A program made the position numbers and the translations under genes. The notes below the pieces were generated by a model, which ran no database searches, was not told the DNA's origin, and saw nothing but the letters and a program-made list of their open reading frames with translations. Source: a virus (lineage: Duplodnaviria > Caudoviricetes). From it: DNA of 64,000 bases. Location: the IMG/VR virus record IMGVR_UViG_2651869698_000005, positions 26,138-90,137 of that record. One strand, given 5' to 3'. Shown piece by piece: positions 45,822-55,328 of this stretch; position 1 is the stretch's first letter; each line of letters opens with the position of its first letter.

Positions 45822-46220
45822 TCAGGCGGCCGCCTTTGCGTACTGCTCGGCTGCGAGGAGGGCGGCTGCGAGCGCGAGGGGGCTGTCGCCCTGGGTGATG
45901 TTCCAGTAGCTCTGCGAGCCGTAGCTGACGGTGCCGTAGCTGACGCGGACGGCCGGCAGGCCGGGGTCGGGCTCGAAGTAGGCGAGCTCCTCGCTGACGA
46001 CGTGCGACGGTTCAGACAGAGCGACGGAGATCTCATTCGCCTTCGGCAGGAGGTCGACCAGGGCGTCAACGATCAGTGTCGCTGTGCGGTAGACGGTTTC
46101 GCGGTAGTCGACCGAGTAGTCCTCGAGCGGGAGCGTCGGGTTGTCGTGGCTGCGCTGAGTTTCGTCGTGGAGTGCTTCGGCGGCGCGATTGATGGCGGCC
46201 GCGTACGTTTCGGGATCCAT
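45822..46220 (-). CDS. Hypothetical protein
   Basis: Preceded by the CUGCCA hairpin and CCCGAAAG. Confidence 0.65.
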   Translation of the reverse strand: MDPETYAAAINRAAEALHDETQRSHDNPTLPLEDYSVDYRETVYRTATLIVDALVDLLPKANEISVALSEPSHVVSEELAYFEPDPGLPAVRVSYGTVSYGSQSYWNITQGDSPLALAAALLAAEQYAKAAA

Positions 46221-46264
46221 GATCTTCTTTCGGGTAGATGCCCTGGCAGGGGCGATGCGATCGG

Positions 46265-46561
46265 TCAGGAGGAGGCGAAGCCGAAGAACAGCCACTGGCC
46301 GCCCTCGACGGCGATAGCGCCGGCCGGGCCCCACTTGTCGCTGATCCGGTCGTCGTCGTTGGCGATGAGTTCCTCGGCGAGGTCGGCCGCGTCGGAGGAG
46401 GTGAGCGGCGGGGTCGGGATGACGATGAAGTCGTCCTTCTCGGCGAGAGTGCCGGTGTAGCCGCCGTGGCCGTACTGGTGCAGCGCCGATGCCTTCGCAG
46501 CCTCGAATGCCTCGCGTGAGGTCTTGCCGGCTGCGATGGAGGAGAAGTCTGTTGCGCCCAT
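46265..46561 (-). CDS. Hypothetical phage protein
   Basis: MGATDF...YGHGGYTGTLAEK...DKWGPA...FGFASS. Confidence 0.7.
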   Translation of the reverse strand: MGATDFSSIAAGKTSREAFEAAKASALHQYGHGGYTGTLAEKDDFIVIPTPPLTSSDAADLAEELIANDDDRISDKWGPAGAIAVEGGQWLFFGFASS

Positions 46562-46599
46562 GATCGGCGTCCTTTCGGGTGGGTGAGCCCTGGCAGGGG

Positions 46600-46827
46600 C
46601 TAGAGGGAGGCGTGGATCGCTTCGGCCGCGTGCGGGGCCAGCAGGGCAGCGAGAGCGCCTGATGTCGAGCCCGTATGGACGGCGTCGAGCTGGTCCTGTG
46701 TGACTCGGACCTCGCCGCCGCACTTGCAGTCGATCAGATAGCCGTCACCACCCTCGAGGAGTTCGAGGGAGGTGACGCCATCGACGACGTGATCGGCGAG
46801 CATGGCGGCGAGATCGGAGACGTTCAT
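46600..46827 (-). CDS. Hypothetical protein
   Basis: H...CKCG...H; preceded by the hairpin motif. Confidence 0.6.
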   Translation of the reverse strand: MNVSDLAAMLADHVVDGVTSLELLEGGDGYLIDCKCGGEVRVTQDQLDAVHTGSTSGALAALLAPHAAEAIHASL

Positions 46828-46876
46828 GGTGGACCTTTCGGGGTGGGCCACCCTGGCAGGGGCGGCTTCTTCCATC

Positions 46877-46920
46877 AGGTTACGGCATGTTCCGCGTAAC
46901 TGGCAACTTGTTACGCGGAC
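46877..46920 (-). promoter_or_regulatory. Early promoter with two operator copies
   Basis: TTGCCA-18-TAACCT; GTTCCGCGTAAC at 46889-46900. Confidence 0.75.
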
Positions 46921-48608
46921 TTGACCGGGGTCATCGTTCCGACGCAGAACAGGGCGGCTTCGCGGATCCATTCGTCGACGGGCCGATCCTTGGCGGTGGC
47001 GAGGATCTGCTCGTACTCGGTACCGGTGAACCTGACCTCGACGTTCGCGGCCAGGACGACCGGCTCACCCTTGCCGATGTCGATGGGTGTCGGCTCGGCC
47101 GGCGCTGCCTCGACGGGCGGCGTGCCGGCCGTGAAGGAGCTGTCGGCGGTCGGAACGAGGCGGCCGGGGTTCAGGACGTGTTGCGCACGAGTGATGGCGA
47201 CATAGGCGAGCATCTGTTCGTCGCGGAGCCGTGCCGGATCCTTCCCGTCACCATCGTCGACGGCCTCGGCGAGATCGTCGTCGAGCAGGACGCGGCCGAA
47301 CTCGCGGCCCTTCGACTTGTGCGCGGTGGCGATGACGACGTCGGCGTCGCGTTCGGACACGACGTTGCCGAGCGCTGCCCGAAGCGGCGTTGCACCGTGC
47401 TCGTCGATCAGCTTGACGAGTACTTTCCAGTCGGCCGCGTCGGGTGAGTCCTGGGCGTATTCCTGGACCTGCTCCCAGCTGGTGAACGCGGCGAGATCTT
47501 CGAGGTTCGCCTGCTGGCCGGTCATCAGCTTCTCGGCGCTCTCGCAGAACTGCTCGGCGTACTTCGTGTCGGACATCAGGTGTACCTTGCGGCCGCCGCG
47601 CTGCGCGGACATGACGTGCGCGAGCGCTCGGCCGTTGGTGCGGCACAGGATCGCGTCGTAGTGGCCGGCACTGCGGTCGATGATCGAGTCGAGGCCGGGG
47701 TTGCCGGTCAGCTGCATGTCGTCGCCGAGTTCGCCGAGCATGTAGTTGGCGGCGTCGGCGATCTCGGGGCCGAACCGCCAGGACTGCGTGAGTCGTCCCT
47801 CGACGGCGTCGCCGAAGTTGTTCATCGCGTTGACGGCTCCGGTGAAGCGGTAGATCGCCTGGGCGGAGTCGCCGACGTAGACGCGGTGCAGGTGGGTCTG
47901 CTCGGCGATGACGCCGGCAAGGACGCCGCTGGTGTCCTGCGCTTCGTCGAGGAACAGGGCTGCGCCCTCGTAGCCGATGCGGGGGTGCTCGAGGGCCCAC
48001 AGCTTGAGGTAGTGGCCGTGGCCGAACACGATCGCGTCGCCGCGGGGGTTGACGATGTCCTTCCAGGCGAGCCGGGCGTAGGGCAATACCGCGTCGATGA
48101 GTTTCCGGTGGGCAGCGTTGAGCCCAGGCATCACGGGGACGTGCTCGGGGCCGATCTCTTCGGCGGTGGTCTGGCAGAACTTGTCGATAGTCCGCAGGAC
48201 GTGCCGGGTGATCTTGTAGGGGTTCAGGAGGCGGGGTTCGCCGTCATTGCCGGTGACACCGAGGCCCTTGATGCCGATGCGATCCTGTGTGACACGGAAC
48301 GGGATTCGGGCGTTGCCGCGCATCTTGTCGAGCAGGGGTGCGTGGCGGGTGTTAGCGATGCCGCGGTATGCGAGGGAGTGGGCGGTGGAGGCGGTGACGC
48401 AGCGCGGGAACTTCTTGCCGGCCTCGACGGCGATCGACTTGTTGAAGGCGATGTACAGCCCTATACGGTTCTCGGCTTCGAGTATCTCGGCGAGCTGCAG
48501 GAGGGTGGTGGTTTTGCCAGTGCCGGCTCCGGCGCGGACCTTGAGGGCCTGGCCGGTCTTGAACAGGTCGTGGATGTGGAGCTGCTCTTCGGTGGGCGGG
48601 AAGCTCAT
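46911..48608 (-). CDS. UvrD/Rep-like SF1 helicase
   Basis: AGAGTGKT, DEAQD, VGDSAQAIY, SWRF, HKSKGRE, YVAITRA. Confidence 0.92.
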   Translation of the reverse strand: MSFPPTEEQLHIHDLFKTGQALKVRAGAGTGKTTTLLQLAEILEAENRIGLYIAFNKSIAVEAGKKFPRCVTASTAHSLAYRGIANTRHAPLLDKMRGNARIPFRVTQDRIGIKGLGVTGNDGEPRLLNPYKITRHVLRTIDKFCQTTAEEIGPEHVPVMPGLNAAHRKLIDAVLPYARLAWKDIVNPRGDAIVFGHGHYLKLWALEHPRIGYEGAALFLDEAQDTSGVLAGVIAEQTHLHRVYVGDSAQAIYRFTGAVNAMNNFGDAVEGRLTQSWRFGPEIADAANYMLGELGDDMQLTGNPGLDSIIDRSAGHYDAILCRTNGRALAHVMSAQRGGRKVHLMSDTKYAEQFCESAEKLMTGQQANLEDLAAFTSWEQVQEYAQDSPDAADWKVLVKLIDEHGATPLRAALGNVVSERDADVVIATAHKSKGREFGRVLLDDDLAEAVDDGDGKDPARLRDEQMLAYVAITRAQHVLNPGRLVPTADSSFTAGTPPVEAAPAEPTPIDIGKGEPVVLAANVEVRFTGTEYEQILATAKDRPVDEWIREAALFCVGTMTPVKSA

Positions 48609-48808
48609 CGGTTCGCCTCCACTTCTGCGACCATGATCTCGTCCACGTCGACGACGCACCTGTTCGACTGCGAGACGTCGACCGATACTTCGAGCGTCCC
48701 GTCGTCGTTCATGGCGACGGTGACTTCGGACACGCCGCCGTTCGGGTGCGTGGCCGTGATCGTGTGGACGTCGCCCGTGATCTCGATTGTCTGGAAGTGA
48801 CTGCTCAT
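48605..48808 (-). CDS. Hypothetical protein
   Basis: Coupled ORF. Confidence 0.55.
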   Translation of the reverse strand: MSSHFQTIEITGDVHTITATHPNGGVSEVTVAMNDDGTLEVSVDVSQSNRCVVDVDEIMVAEVEANR

Positions 48809-49161
48809 GCGGCACGCTCGACGGACTCGGGCGCGGCGACCCACTCGGTGACGCGGCGGATGACGTGGGTGACGTCGGGGTTGGACTTCCAGCGGGCCAT
48901 GTCGCGGGCGTCGGTGGGGACGACGCGGCCGTCGGGCCAGAGCAATCCGTGCTCGAGGCCGTGGGTGGGGAAGTGAACGGCGGTGCCATGATCGTCGACG
49001 TCGGCGGGCTGGCCGTCAGTGTGCTGCGCGAGGAGCAGCTCGAGGGCTTCGGCGCTGTTGTACAGGTGCGCGGCTCCGCGGGTCTGGCCGTTGAGATTGG
49101 CGCGGTCGGCCTGCTCGGTCCAGCGGTGGATCAGGGCCGCGAGGGCGTCTCGGAGGTTCAT
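48805..49161 (-). CDS. Hypothetical protein
   Basis: Preceded by the hairpin motif and RBS. Confidence 0.6.
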   Translation of the reverse strand: MNLRDALAALIHRWTEQADRANLNGQTRGAAHLYNSAEALELLLAQHTDGQPADVDDHGTAVHFPTHGLEHGLLWPDGRVVPTDARDMARWKSNPDVTHVIRRVTEWVAAPESVERAA

Positions 49162-49199
49162 CGGGTGGTCCTTTCGGGGCGGCTGGCAGGCCGAGGTGT

Positions 49200-49424
49200 T
49201 CAGTAGTTGTAGACGCAGAGGTCGCAGTCGAGTCGGCCACAGGTCATCCGTTCGCACTGGCGTCGAGGGAAGGTGGCGAGGACGAGGCCGGACATCGACA
49301 CGACGGCGTGGACGTCGCCTTCGTGGAACGCCTCGAGGCCGCAGTCCTCGCCGGCGAAGGAGCGAGCCTCGCACTCGATGGCGCTGCGGGGGAGGGGCTC
49401 TACTGTATCGAACTGGCGGATCAT
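49200..49424 (-). CDS. Cys/His-rich hypothetical protein
   Basis: C...C...H...H...C..C. Confidence 0.5.
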   Translation of the reverse strand: MIRQFDTVEPLPRSAIECEARSFAGEDCGLEAFHEGDVHAVVSMSGLVLATFPRRQCERMTCGRLDCDLCVYNY

Positions 49425-49627
49425 GCTGCGCGGAACTGCTGGACGTTGAGGGCAATCGTCCGCTCGATGGAGTCGTCGGCGTTGACGACGAGTTCCTCGA
49501 GCCGCTCGGCGATGGCATCGTCCGCGGCGGCCGAGGCAGTCCACGATTCGGGGAAGTCGTCGTCGACGGTGAACGTCTTCTCGTGGCGGGTCAGTTCGTC
49601 CCACACCACGGTGATCTGCTTGGCCAT
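49421..49627 (-). CDS. Hypothetical protein
   Basis: Resembles 53715-53915 (WxE..H....V.DDF). Confidence 0.55.
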   Translation of the reverse strand: MAKQITVVWDELTRHEKTFTVDDDFPESWTASAAADDAIAERLEELVVNADDSIERTIALNVQQFRAA

Positions 49628-49875
49628 CAGGCACCGGTCCCGGTGTAGGCGACGAAGACCTTGCCTCCGCGGACGTCGGCGACGAATCCGTCTCCGAAGG
49701 CGACAACCTTGCCGTTGTTGACGCGGTACCGGAAGCTCGACGGGCTGGCGAGATCGTAGGGGTAGGGGGCGTATTCGCCGGGGCGGGAGCGGAGTTCGGC
49801 GGCGAACTCGCGGTTGACGGCGGCGCGGGCGTTGGTCTGCGCCGGGGGAAGCTCGTCGACGAATGTGACGGCCAT
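49627..49875 (-). CDS. Hypothetical protein
   Basis: GAAAGGA RBS. Confidence 0.6.
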   Translation of the reverse strand: MAVTFVDELPPAQTNARAAVNREFAAELRSRPGEYAPYPYDLASPSSFRYRVNNGKVVAFGDGFVADVRGGKVFVAYTGTGA

Positions 49876-49945
49876 CGGGATCCTTTCGGGGGGCGGCCGG
49901 GCTGCGACGCGATGGTCGCAGCCCGGCCGACATCAGGGGGTCAGG

Positions 49946-50389
49946 TCAGAACGGGGGCGGGCTTGCGGGCGCGGATCCCCACGGGTCGTTCTGCGGCTGG
50001 TTCTGCTGGCGGTTGTTACCGGCCGCGGTGTTGCTGCGGCCTGCCTTCTGCGGGCGGGCGGTGGCGAAGCGGAGCGATGCGCCGATCTCGTCGATCTCGA
50101 TCTCGAGCGAGTAGCGGGTCTGGCCCTCCTTCTCGTACGGGCGGTTCTTCACGCGGCCGAGGATGACGACCTGGTCGCCCTTCTTGAGTGATTCGCCGAT
50201 GTTCTCGGCGAGCTGACGCCATGCGTTTGCCCGATACCAAGTGGTGTCGCCGTCCTTCCATCCTTCGCCGTCCCTGACGCGCTCGGTGACTGCGACGGAC
50301 ATGTTGACCACTGCGAGGCCCTGCGGGGTGAAGCGGAGCTCGGGGTCGCCGCCGAGGGTTCCGACGATCTGGGCTACTGCCTGTGACAT
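49946..50389 (-). CDS. ssb: Single-stranded DNA-binding protein
   Basis: DPELRFTP, WRQLAEN, IGASLRFA, C-terminal PPF. Confidence 0.95.
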   Translation of the reverse strand: MSQAVAQIVGTLGGDPELRFTPQGLAVVNMSVAVTERVRDGEGWKDGDTTWYRANAWRQLAENIGESLKKGDQVVILGRVKNRPYEKEGQTRYSLEIEIDEIGASLRFATARPQKAGRSNTAAGNNRQQNQPQNDPWGSAPASPPPF

Positions 50390-50425
50390 GGTGATGCCTT
50401 TCGGGGTTTGCGTTGCGGGAGTGTG

Positions 50426-50710
50426 TTATTCGGACGGGGAGCTGGCAGGCTCCCATGCTTCGAGGATCGCCTTGAGCTGGTCGAGCTTGTCGCGGCGGTA
50501 GTCCTTCCAGTGCATGTCACCTGCGACGGTGACGGGGGTGCCGCTGTAGCCGAGTTCACGGACTCGGGCTGCGCCGTTGGGATCTTCCCTGATGTCGACC
50601 TTGACGAACGGGATGCCCTCCTTGTCGAGATGGCGGGCGGTGGCGATGCACGGGCCGCACCCACTCTGTGAATACAGGGTGACCTTCGGAGCATCAGGAT
50701 GGATCGTCAT
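50426..50710 (-). CDS. nrdH: NrdH-like glutaredoxin
   Basis: VTLYS..CGPC.AT; LGYSGTPV. Confidence 0.9.
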   Translation of the reverse strand: MTIHPDAPKVTLYSQSGCGPCIATARHLDKEGIPFVKVDIREDPNGAARVRELGYSGTPVTVAGDMHWKDYRRDKLDQLKAILEAWEPASSPSE

Positions 50711-51282
50711 GCGGTGGTGATTCCTTCATTTCTCAGGTGCTCGGCCGCGTGGCCGGGCAGTTTCGATGTCCCGTTGAGCAGTCCGTAGATGTAGCTCTTC
50801 GAGAACGGTGTCGCCAGGTAGATGTCATGCACTGCAGCGCCTTTGGCTCGCATCCTGAACACGGTGGCGAACGCTTCGGCCGGATGCTTAGGCGCTCCGC
50901 CGACCCTGCCGCCGCTGGCTCGGCCTTTCAGGACCATGTCGCGGTTGTTCGTCGGCTTGTCGCCCTCGAACAGGTGCTCTGCGTTCATGCACGGCGGATT
51001 GTCGCAGCGATGGAGAGATCCCATGCCCGCAGCGAGTGGGCGGCCGAGCTTGCGCTCGAGTGCGTACCGGTGCAGGTAGATGCACTTCTTACCGACCCAC
51101 AGGTTGCCGTACCCCTGATCGTTTCTACCGCCGTTCCATTCGTGGCAGCCGCCAGGAGTGACGGTGACGCCGACGTGCTGAATACGCTCGTCGATCGTCA
51201 TATCGGGCGTGCAGTAGGTCCGACCCAGCTCGGCGATGGTGTTCGGCCTGCCGGTCGACATACGCCGAGCTGAGGTGGTCAT
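50707..51282 (-). CDS. HNH endonuclease
   Basis: CHEWNG...GYG...HR...HRCDNPPCMNAEHL...N..D. Confidence 0.88.
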   Translation of the reverse strand: MTTSARRMSTGRPNTIAELGRTYCTPDMTIDERIQHVGVTVTPGGCHEWNGGRNDQGYGNLWVGKKCIYLHRYALERKLGRPLAAGMGSLHRCDNPPCMNAEHLFEGDKPTNNRDMVLKGRASGGRVGGAPKHPAEAFATVFRMRAKGAAVHDIYLATPFSKSYIYGLLNGTSKLPGHAAEHLRNEGITTA

Positions 51283-51674
51283 GCTGCGAGAACTTCCTGA
51301 GTGGTTGTGCGCTCGGCGAGGTACTCGTCGAGCGCGGTTTCGGTGATGGTTACTTCGATGAGCGTGTCCTCGGCCCGTTCGGTGTTGTCGGGGTCGTGGA
51401 GCAGCTCGTCGAGGCGGGTGGCGAGGTCGTCGATGTCGCCGGTTTCCTCTTCGGCGATGCGGGTTTCGCTGTATTCGGGGCCCGATGCCGAGAAGTAGGA
51501 CCAGCCCATCAGGTCGAACTGTGCGCGGGTCCATTCGAGGTCGTAGTCGGGGCCGGGGAGGGCGTTTGCCGGCCGCGGCGAGTTGTCGATGTAGTACCGC
51601 AGCTCGCGGTCGATCGGGAGGCCGGCGGCGTGGATCTTCGCCTGCTGTTCGGGGGTGGGGATGCGGTAGGTCAT
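51279..51674 (-). CDS. Hypothetical acidic protein
   Basis: First gene after a promoter and the hairpin motif. Confidence 0.65.
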   Translation of the reverse strand: MTYRIPTPEQQAKIHAAGLPIDRELRYYIDNSPRPANALPGPDYDLEWTRAQFDLMGWSYFSASGPEYSETRIAEEETGDIDDLATRLDELLHDPDNTERAEDTLIEVTITETALDEYLAERTTTQEVLAA

Positions 51675-51725
51675 GTGACGCCTTTCGGAGGTGCCCTGGC
51701 AGGGGCGGCTTCGCGTACTTCCATC

Positions 51726-51768
51726 ATGTTACGCGGTGTTCCGCGGAACAGCAACGTCGGTTACGCGG
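51726..51768 (-). promoter_or_regulatory. Early promoter with operators
   Basis: TTGCTG-17-TAACAT; perfect GTTCCGCGGAAC at 51738-51749. Confidence 0.75.
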
Positions 51769-52969
51769 CACGGCGCTCACCGAGGGCGTATCCGATCAGC
51801 GGCTCGAGGACGGCGCGCGCGAGCAGCGGGGGGACGGCGTCGCCGACCTGCCGATACTGCGCGGTCTTCGACCCCTGCCACGGGTAGTCGGCCGGAAACG
51901 ACTGCAGCACAGCCGCTTCGTCGACGGTCACCCTGACACCCTCGGGGTCGCGGTCCTTCGCACCCTGTGCGCGCGCGAGGCGTTCGCCCCACTCGGCGGT
52001 GCCTTTGCCGGTGATCGTCGGGGCAGGAAACTCGGTCGGCCGGGGGTCGACCTGCGTCGAGGTCGTGCCGGCCGGGGCCAGTACCCGCGGGAGGTGGAAT
52101 CGAGACCAGGATCGCGTCTTGGCGGTGACCGCCTGAGCGGGTAGCGATGCCTCGCGGAGATCTCGCGCCCGGTAGTCGATACCACCGATGGTGACGGTGT
52201 TCGGGCTGAGATCGTCGGCGCGGCGAGGGAATCCGACGAGGTCGCGTTTCGGCCAGCCGAGGACATCGGCCATGCTGACCCACTGCGCGAGGCCGGGATC
52301 AAGTCGCCGGGGCGCGGTGGAGTGATACCTCGAGTTCGTCGGCACCGGCAGGGCGGCGGGGCCGTGTTGCGCCGTCTCCCATGGTGCGCGCGCGACGAGG
52401 ATGGCTCGCTTGCGGGTCTGCGGGACGCCGTACTGCTCGGCCTGCAGGATGCCCGTGGCGACGGAATATCCGATGCGCCGCAGCACGATTGCGCAGGCAT
52501 CCCAGATCGGTTGCACGGCCGGCACCTGCTCCCATGCCGTCCAGGCAGGGAACGTCGACAGTGCCCACCGGAGGGGCTCGAGGGCGAGGATCGAGCGGGG
52601 GTCGGTCATTGTCGCGGCGAGGTGCGCGATGGCAGCTTCGACGTCGGCGGCGTGGTTCACCTTGGCGATGGCGGCGAGCAGATGCAGTGCATCGTCGCGG
52701 CCGAGGCCCTTGCCTGCGGTCGAGAAGCCCTGGCAGGGCGGTGAGGCGATCAGGCCCCAGATGCGGGCGAATGCGGCTGGGATCTGCTGGGCGACATCGG
52801 CTTCGATGCGGCGATGCCCGGCAGCGATCGCGGTGGCGCACGCTGCGGCGTCCCACTCGAAGCCGACAGAGGTGCCGTCGAATCCAGCGTCACGTTTGCC
52901 CTGTGACCAGCCGCCGGGGCCCGCGAACAGCTCGACGACGTCGACCTCGCTGGTGGCGGTCAGAGTCAC
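51761..52969 (-). CDS. DNA cytosine-5 methyltransferase
   Basis: LFAGPGG, SPPCQGFS, WEQV, PQTRKR, QSFP...QVGDAVPP. Confidence 0.92.
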   Translation of the reverse strand: MTLTATSEVDVVELFAGPGGWSQGKRDAGFDGTSVGFEWDAAACATAIAAGHRRIEADVAQQIPAAFARIWGLIASPPCQGFSTAGKGLGRDDALHLLAAIAKVNHAADVEAAIAHLAATMTDPRSILALEPLRWALSTFPAWTAWEQVPAVQPIWDACAIVLRRIGYSVATGILQAEQYGVPQTRKRAILVARAPWETAQHGPAALPVPTNSRYHSTAPRRLDPGLAQWVSMADVLGWPKRDLVGFPRRADDLSPNTVTIGGIDYRARDLREASLPAQAVTAKTRSWSRFHLPRVLAPAGTTSTQVDPRPTEFPAPTITGKGTAEWGERLARAQGAKDRDPEGVRVTVDEAAVLQSFPADYPWQGSKTAQYRQVGDAVPPLLARAVLEPLIGYALGERRAA

Positions 52970-53087
52970 CTGTGGCCGCCGAGGAGGCGGAGCACGCCGC
53001 GCGCGGCGATGGTCGTGACGGTGTACCACGGGACGTACAGGGCGTCGAGGAGCATGTCGAGACCGCTGGGCCGGTAGTGCTCGTTTC

Positions 53088-53426
53088 TCATGCCGCAGCC
53101 GCCAGAGGTGAGCGGTAGAGCACGGCCCACGCGGAGACGTCGAGCTCGACGAGGGTGCCGGGGTTGCGCGAGGGGTTGCTCAGCGCCGCGGTGATGGCGG
53201 GCAGCAGGTCGTGGAACTGGCCGAACAGGTAGTGGTCGGTGTTGCCGGCTTCGCCGTGGCCGTCGACGGTGATCTCGGTCCATTCGAGGCACCAGTCGGC
53301 GGGCTGGCCGTTGACGCAGCGATGGTCGAGCCAGCTGTCGTCACGGCTGACGTTGGCGATCAGCCCGTCGTGGTCTTCGATGCCGAGCTGGTCGAGGATC
53401 GCCTGGTCGGCGCGCGAGTGAATCAC
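53088..53426 (-). CDS. Hypothetical protein
   Basis: Preceded by the hairpin motif and RBS. Confidence 0.6.
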   Translation of the reverse strand: MIHSRADQAILDQLGIEDHDGLIANVSRDDSWLDHRCVNGQPADWCLEWTEITVDGHGEAGNTDHYLFGQFHDLLPAITAALSNPSRNPGTLVELDVSAWAVLYRSPLAAAA

Positions 53427-53475
53427 GGTGGTGTCCTTTCGGGGGGTGGGGCTGGCAGGCCCCGGTACGGCTGAA

Positions 53476-53520
53476 AGATTACGGGACGTTACGCGAAACA
53501 GCAACATGGTTCCGCGTAAC
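53476..53520 (-). promoter_or_regulatory. Early promoter with two operators
   Basis: TTGCTG-17-TAATCT; operators at 53488-53499 and 53509-53520. Confidence 0.75.
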
Positions 53521-53526
53521 GTCCGG

Positions 53527-53715
53527 TCAGAACAGGACGCCGTCGAGTTCGGCCTCCGAGGGCGGCGCGGAGACCTCGGCGGCCGGCACTGCTCGTACGC
53601 TCCATCCGCCGCCGGCATCGAACATTTGACGTACCAGCACGAGCCGAGCGGGGTCGTCGGCGTTGCTGAGCTTCCACTCCTCGCCCCGCCAGATCACCTT
53701 CTCGCCGGGCAGCAT
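53527..53715 (-). CDS. Hypothetical protein
   Basis: Coupled ORF. Confidence 0.5.
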   Translation of the reverse strand: MLPGEKVIWRGEEWKLSNADDPARLVLVRQMFDAGGGWSVRAVPAAEVSAPPSEAELDGVLF

Positions 53716-53915
53716 CAGGCGAAAACCTCGGCGTCGGGCTGGAACTCGACGTCCTCGACGGACTCGACGGTGCGCTCGAGCCACTCGAACCCTTCGTCGT
53801 CGAGCTGGGCAAGCTCGTTCTCGAGGTCGGCCTCTTCGTGGTCGAAGTCGTCGGGGACGTTGACCGTGCGCGAGTGGTGGCTGGTTTCGGTCCACTCGAT
53901 CTTGATGGTCTTCAC
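53715..53915 (-). CDS. Small acidic protein
   Basis: Very Asp/Glu-rich. Confidence 0.6.
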   Translation of the reverse strand: MKTIKIEWTETSHHSRTVNVPDDFDHEEADLENELAQLDDEGFEWLERTVESVEDVEFQPDAEVFA

Positions 53916-54217
53916 GCGGCCACCTGACCGATCTGATGGACGCCGTCGAGCCAGGGGCGTCCGTCGCGGCCCTCGACGTATTCGCCGCCGGGCGGGTCGT
54001 CGTAGAAGCCTTCGAGGATCTGACGGGCGGCCGGGGTCGCGGCGTTGAGGGCTTCGTCGCGGATCTGCTTCCAGTCGTCCCAGTCGTGGCCGGCAGTGGC
54101 GTCGATGACGACGTCGGAGCTGTCGACGGGGCGTCCGTCGATCAGGACGTGGATCTCGGGTGTGCCATCGGGGTCGAGGAGGACGATGGCCTCGACTTTC
54201 GGGTCACGTCTACGCAT
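53912..54217 (-). CDS. Hypothetical protein
   Basis: Coupled ORF; acidic. Confidence 0.6.
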   Translation of the reverse strand: MRRRDPKVEAIVLLDPDGTPEIHVLIDGRPVDSSDVVIDATAGHDWDDWKQIRDEALNAATPAARQILEGFYDDPPGGEYVEGRDGRPWLDGVHQIGQVAA

Positions 54218-54591
54218 CAGCTCGCCTGCTTGGTGAGGGTGTAGCCGAGGGCGTCGGCGAGCAGGTGGAGCAGCTCTTCGGCGTCAGGCAGGCCTGCGTG
54301 CTCGGCCGCATCGGTCGCGGCGACATGCTCGGGTGTGCGGGTGCCGCCCTCGTCGAGGAACTCGCACGCGCATTCCCGATCTTCGACCCGCTCGTAGCTG
54401 GTTTCGAGTCCGTAGCCGTCGGTGGTGGCTCCGTCGATCAGCCACCCGGCGTTGGCGCTGTTGCGGCGCAGGAACACGCGGACGTCGGATTCGAGATAGT
54501 GGCCGTGGACGGTGGGGTTGTAGTCCTCGTCGGCGAACGAGGCCGAGGAGGGTGAGATGTCGCCGTTGCCGGTGAGGTCGTAGTCGATCAT
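54217..54591 (-). CDS. Hypothetical acidic protein
   Basis: Coupled ORF. Confidence 0.6.
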   Translation of the reverse strand: MIDYDLTGNGDISPSSASFADEDYNPTVHGHYLESDVRVFLRRNSANAGWLIDGATTDGYGLETSYERVEDRECACEFLDEGGTRTPEHVAATDAAEHAGLPDAEELLHLLADALGYTLTKQAS

Positions 54592-54628
54592 GGTTCTTGT
54601 CTCCCAGTGGGTTTCGGTGGCTGGCGGG

Positions 54629-55243
54629 TCAGTTGGTGAAGACGTAGGTCTTGCCGCCGTATTCGCAGAAGCGGTAGCCCCAGGAGCCCTGCGCGTGCAT
54701 GATCAGCTCGTCGAGGTCGAGCTTGACGATGCAAGGGGCGGTGGTATGCCAGTCGACGTGCTCTTCGGGGGCGGGGGCGGTCTTCGCCCAGGCCCGCGCG
54801 GCGACCTGCATGAAGTCGTGCAGGGATTCGGTCGACTGCTCGGCCCAATCGCGGCGGCTGTCGTACTCGCCGACCAGCTTCTTCGGTTCGTAGTCGTCGA
54901 TGTCGGGATCGAACTCGTCGTTCAGCCAGGCGAGGAACGCGCCGCGGTGCTCGTTGATTGCTTCGGCGACAGCGACGACCTTCTCGATCTGCTCGTACTC
55001 GCTGACGGAGTATCCGCCGAAGTTGTCGTGGTCGTGGATGGCCCACTCTTCGGCGGGGCCGTACAGCCCGTGCGGGTCGTGCTCGGGTGAGGATTCGAGG
55101 ATCGCGGTGATCTTCTCGTGGATCTCGTCGGCGGTGATGCCGGCCTCGAGGGTGATCCATTCGCCGTGCAGAGTGCCGTTGTTGTAGGCGGCGAGGCAGG
55201 CGACGTAGATGCGAGGGGTGTCGGTGGAGACAGCTGTGCTCAC
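54629..55243 (-). CDS. ardA: Antirestriction protein ArdA
   Basis: IYVACLAAYNNGTLHGEWI, EEWAIHD; acidic. Confidence 0.9.
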   Translation of the reverse strand: MSTAVSTDTPRIYVACLAAYNNGTLHGEWITLEAGITADEIHEKITAILESSPEHDPHGLYGPAEEWAIHDHDNFGGYSVSEYEQIEKVVAVAEAINEHRGAFLAWLNDEFDPDIDDYEPKKLVGEYDSRRDWAEQSTESLHDFMQVAARAWAKTAPAPEEHVDWHTTAPCIVKLDLDELIMHAQGSWGYRFCEYGGKTYVFTN

Positions 55244-55299
55244 GGGGTGTCCTTCGGGGGTGTTCGCCCTGGCAGGGGCGGTGGTGACTGACTGAGATC

Positions 55300-55328
55300 A
55301 GCTTACATACTCAGTCTGTGGGGGTCAC
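55300..55328 (-). promoter_or_regulatory. Promoter with degenerate ACAKAC-N3-GTATGT palindrome
   Basis: GTGACC-17-TAAGCT upstream of ardA. Confidence 0.55.

Noticed and set aside
46240-46866. Three closely spaced CCCTGGCAGGGGC repeats as a possible CRISPR array
   Set aside because: The repeats are only about 13 bp, separated by whole genes, and no cas genes are present; they belong to the leader hairpin motif.
37724-52740. Intragenic CTGCCA copies at about 37728, 44118, 48172 and 52731
   Set aside because: Stems are short or imperfect, they are not upstream of a start, and coding explains them (for example the PPCQG motif); excluded from the motif count.
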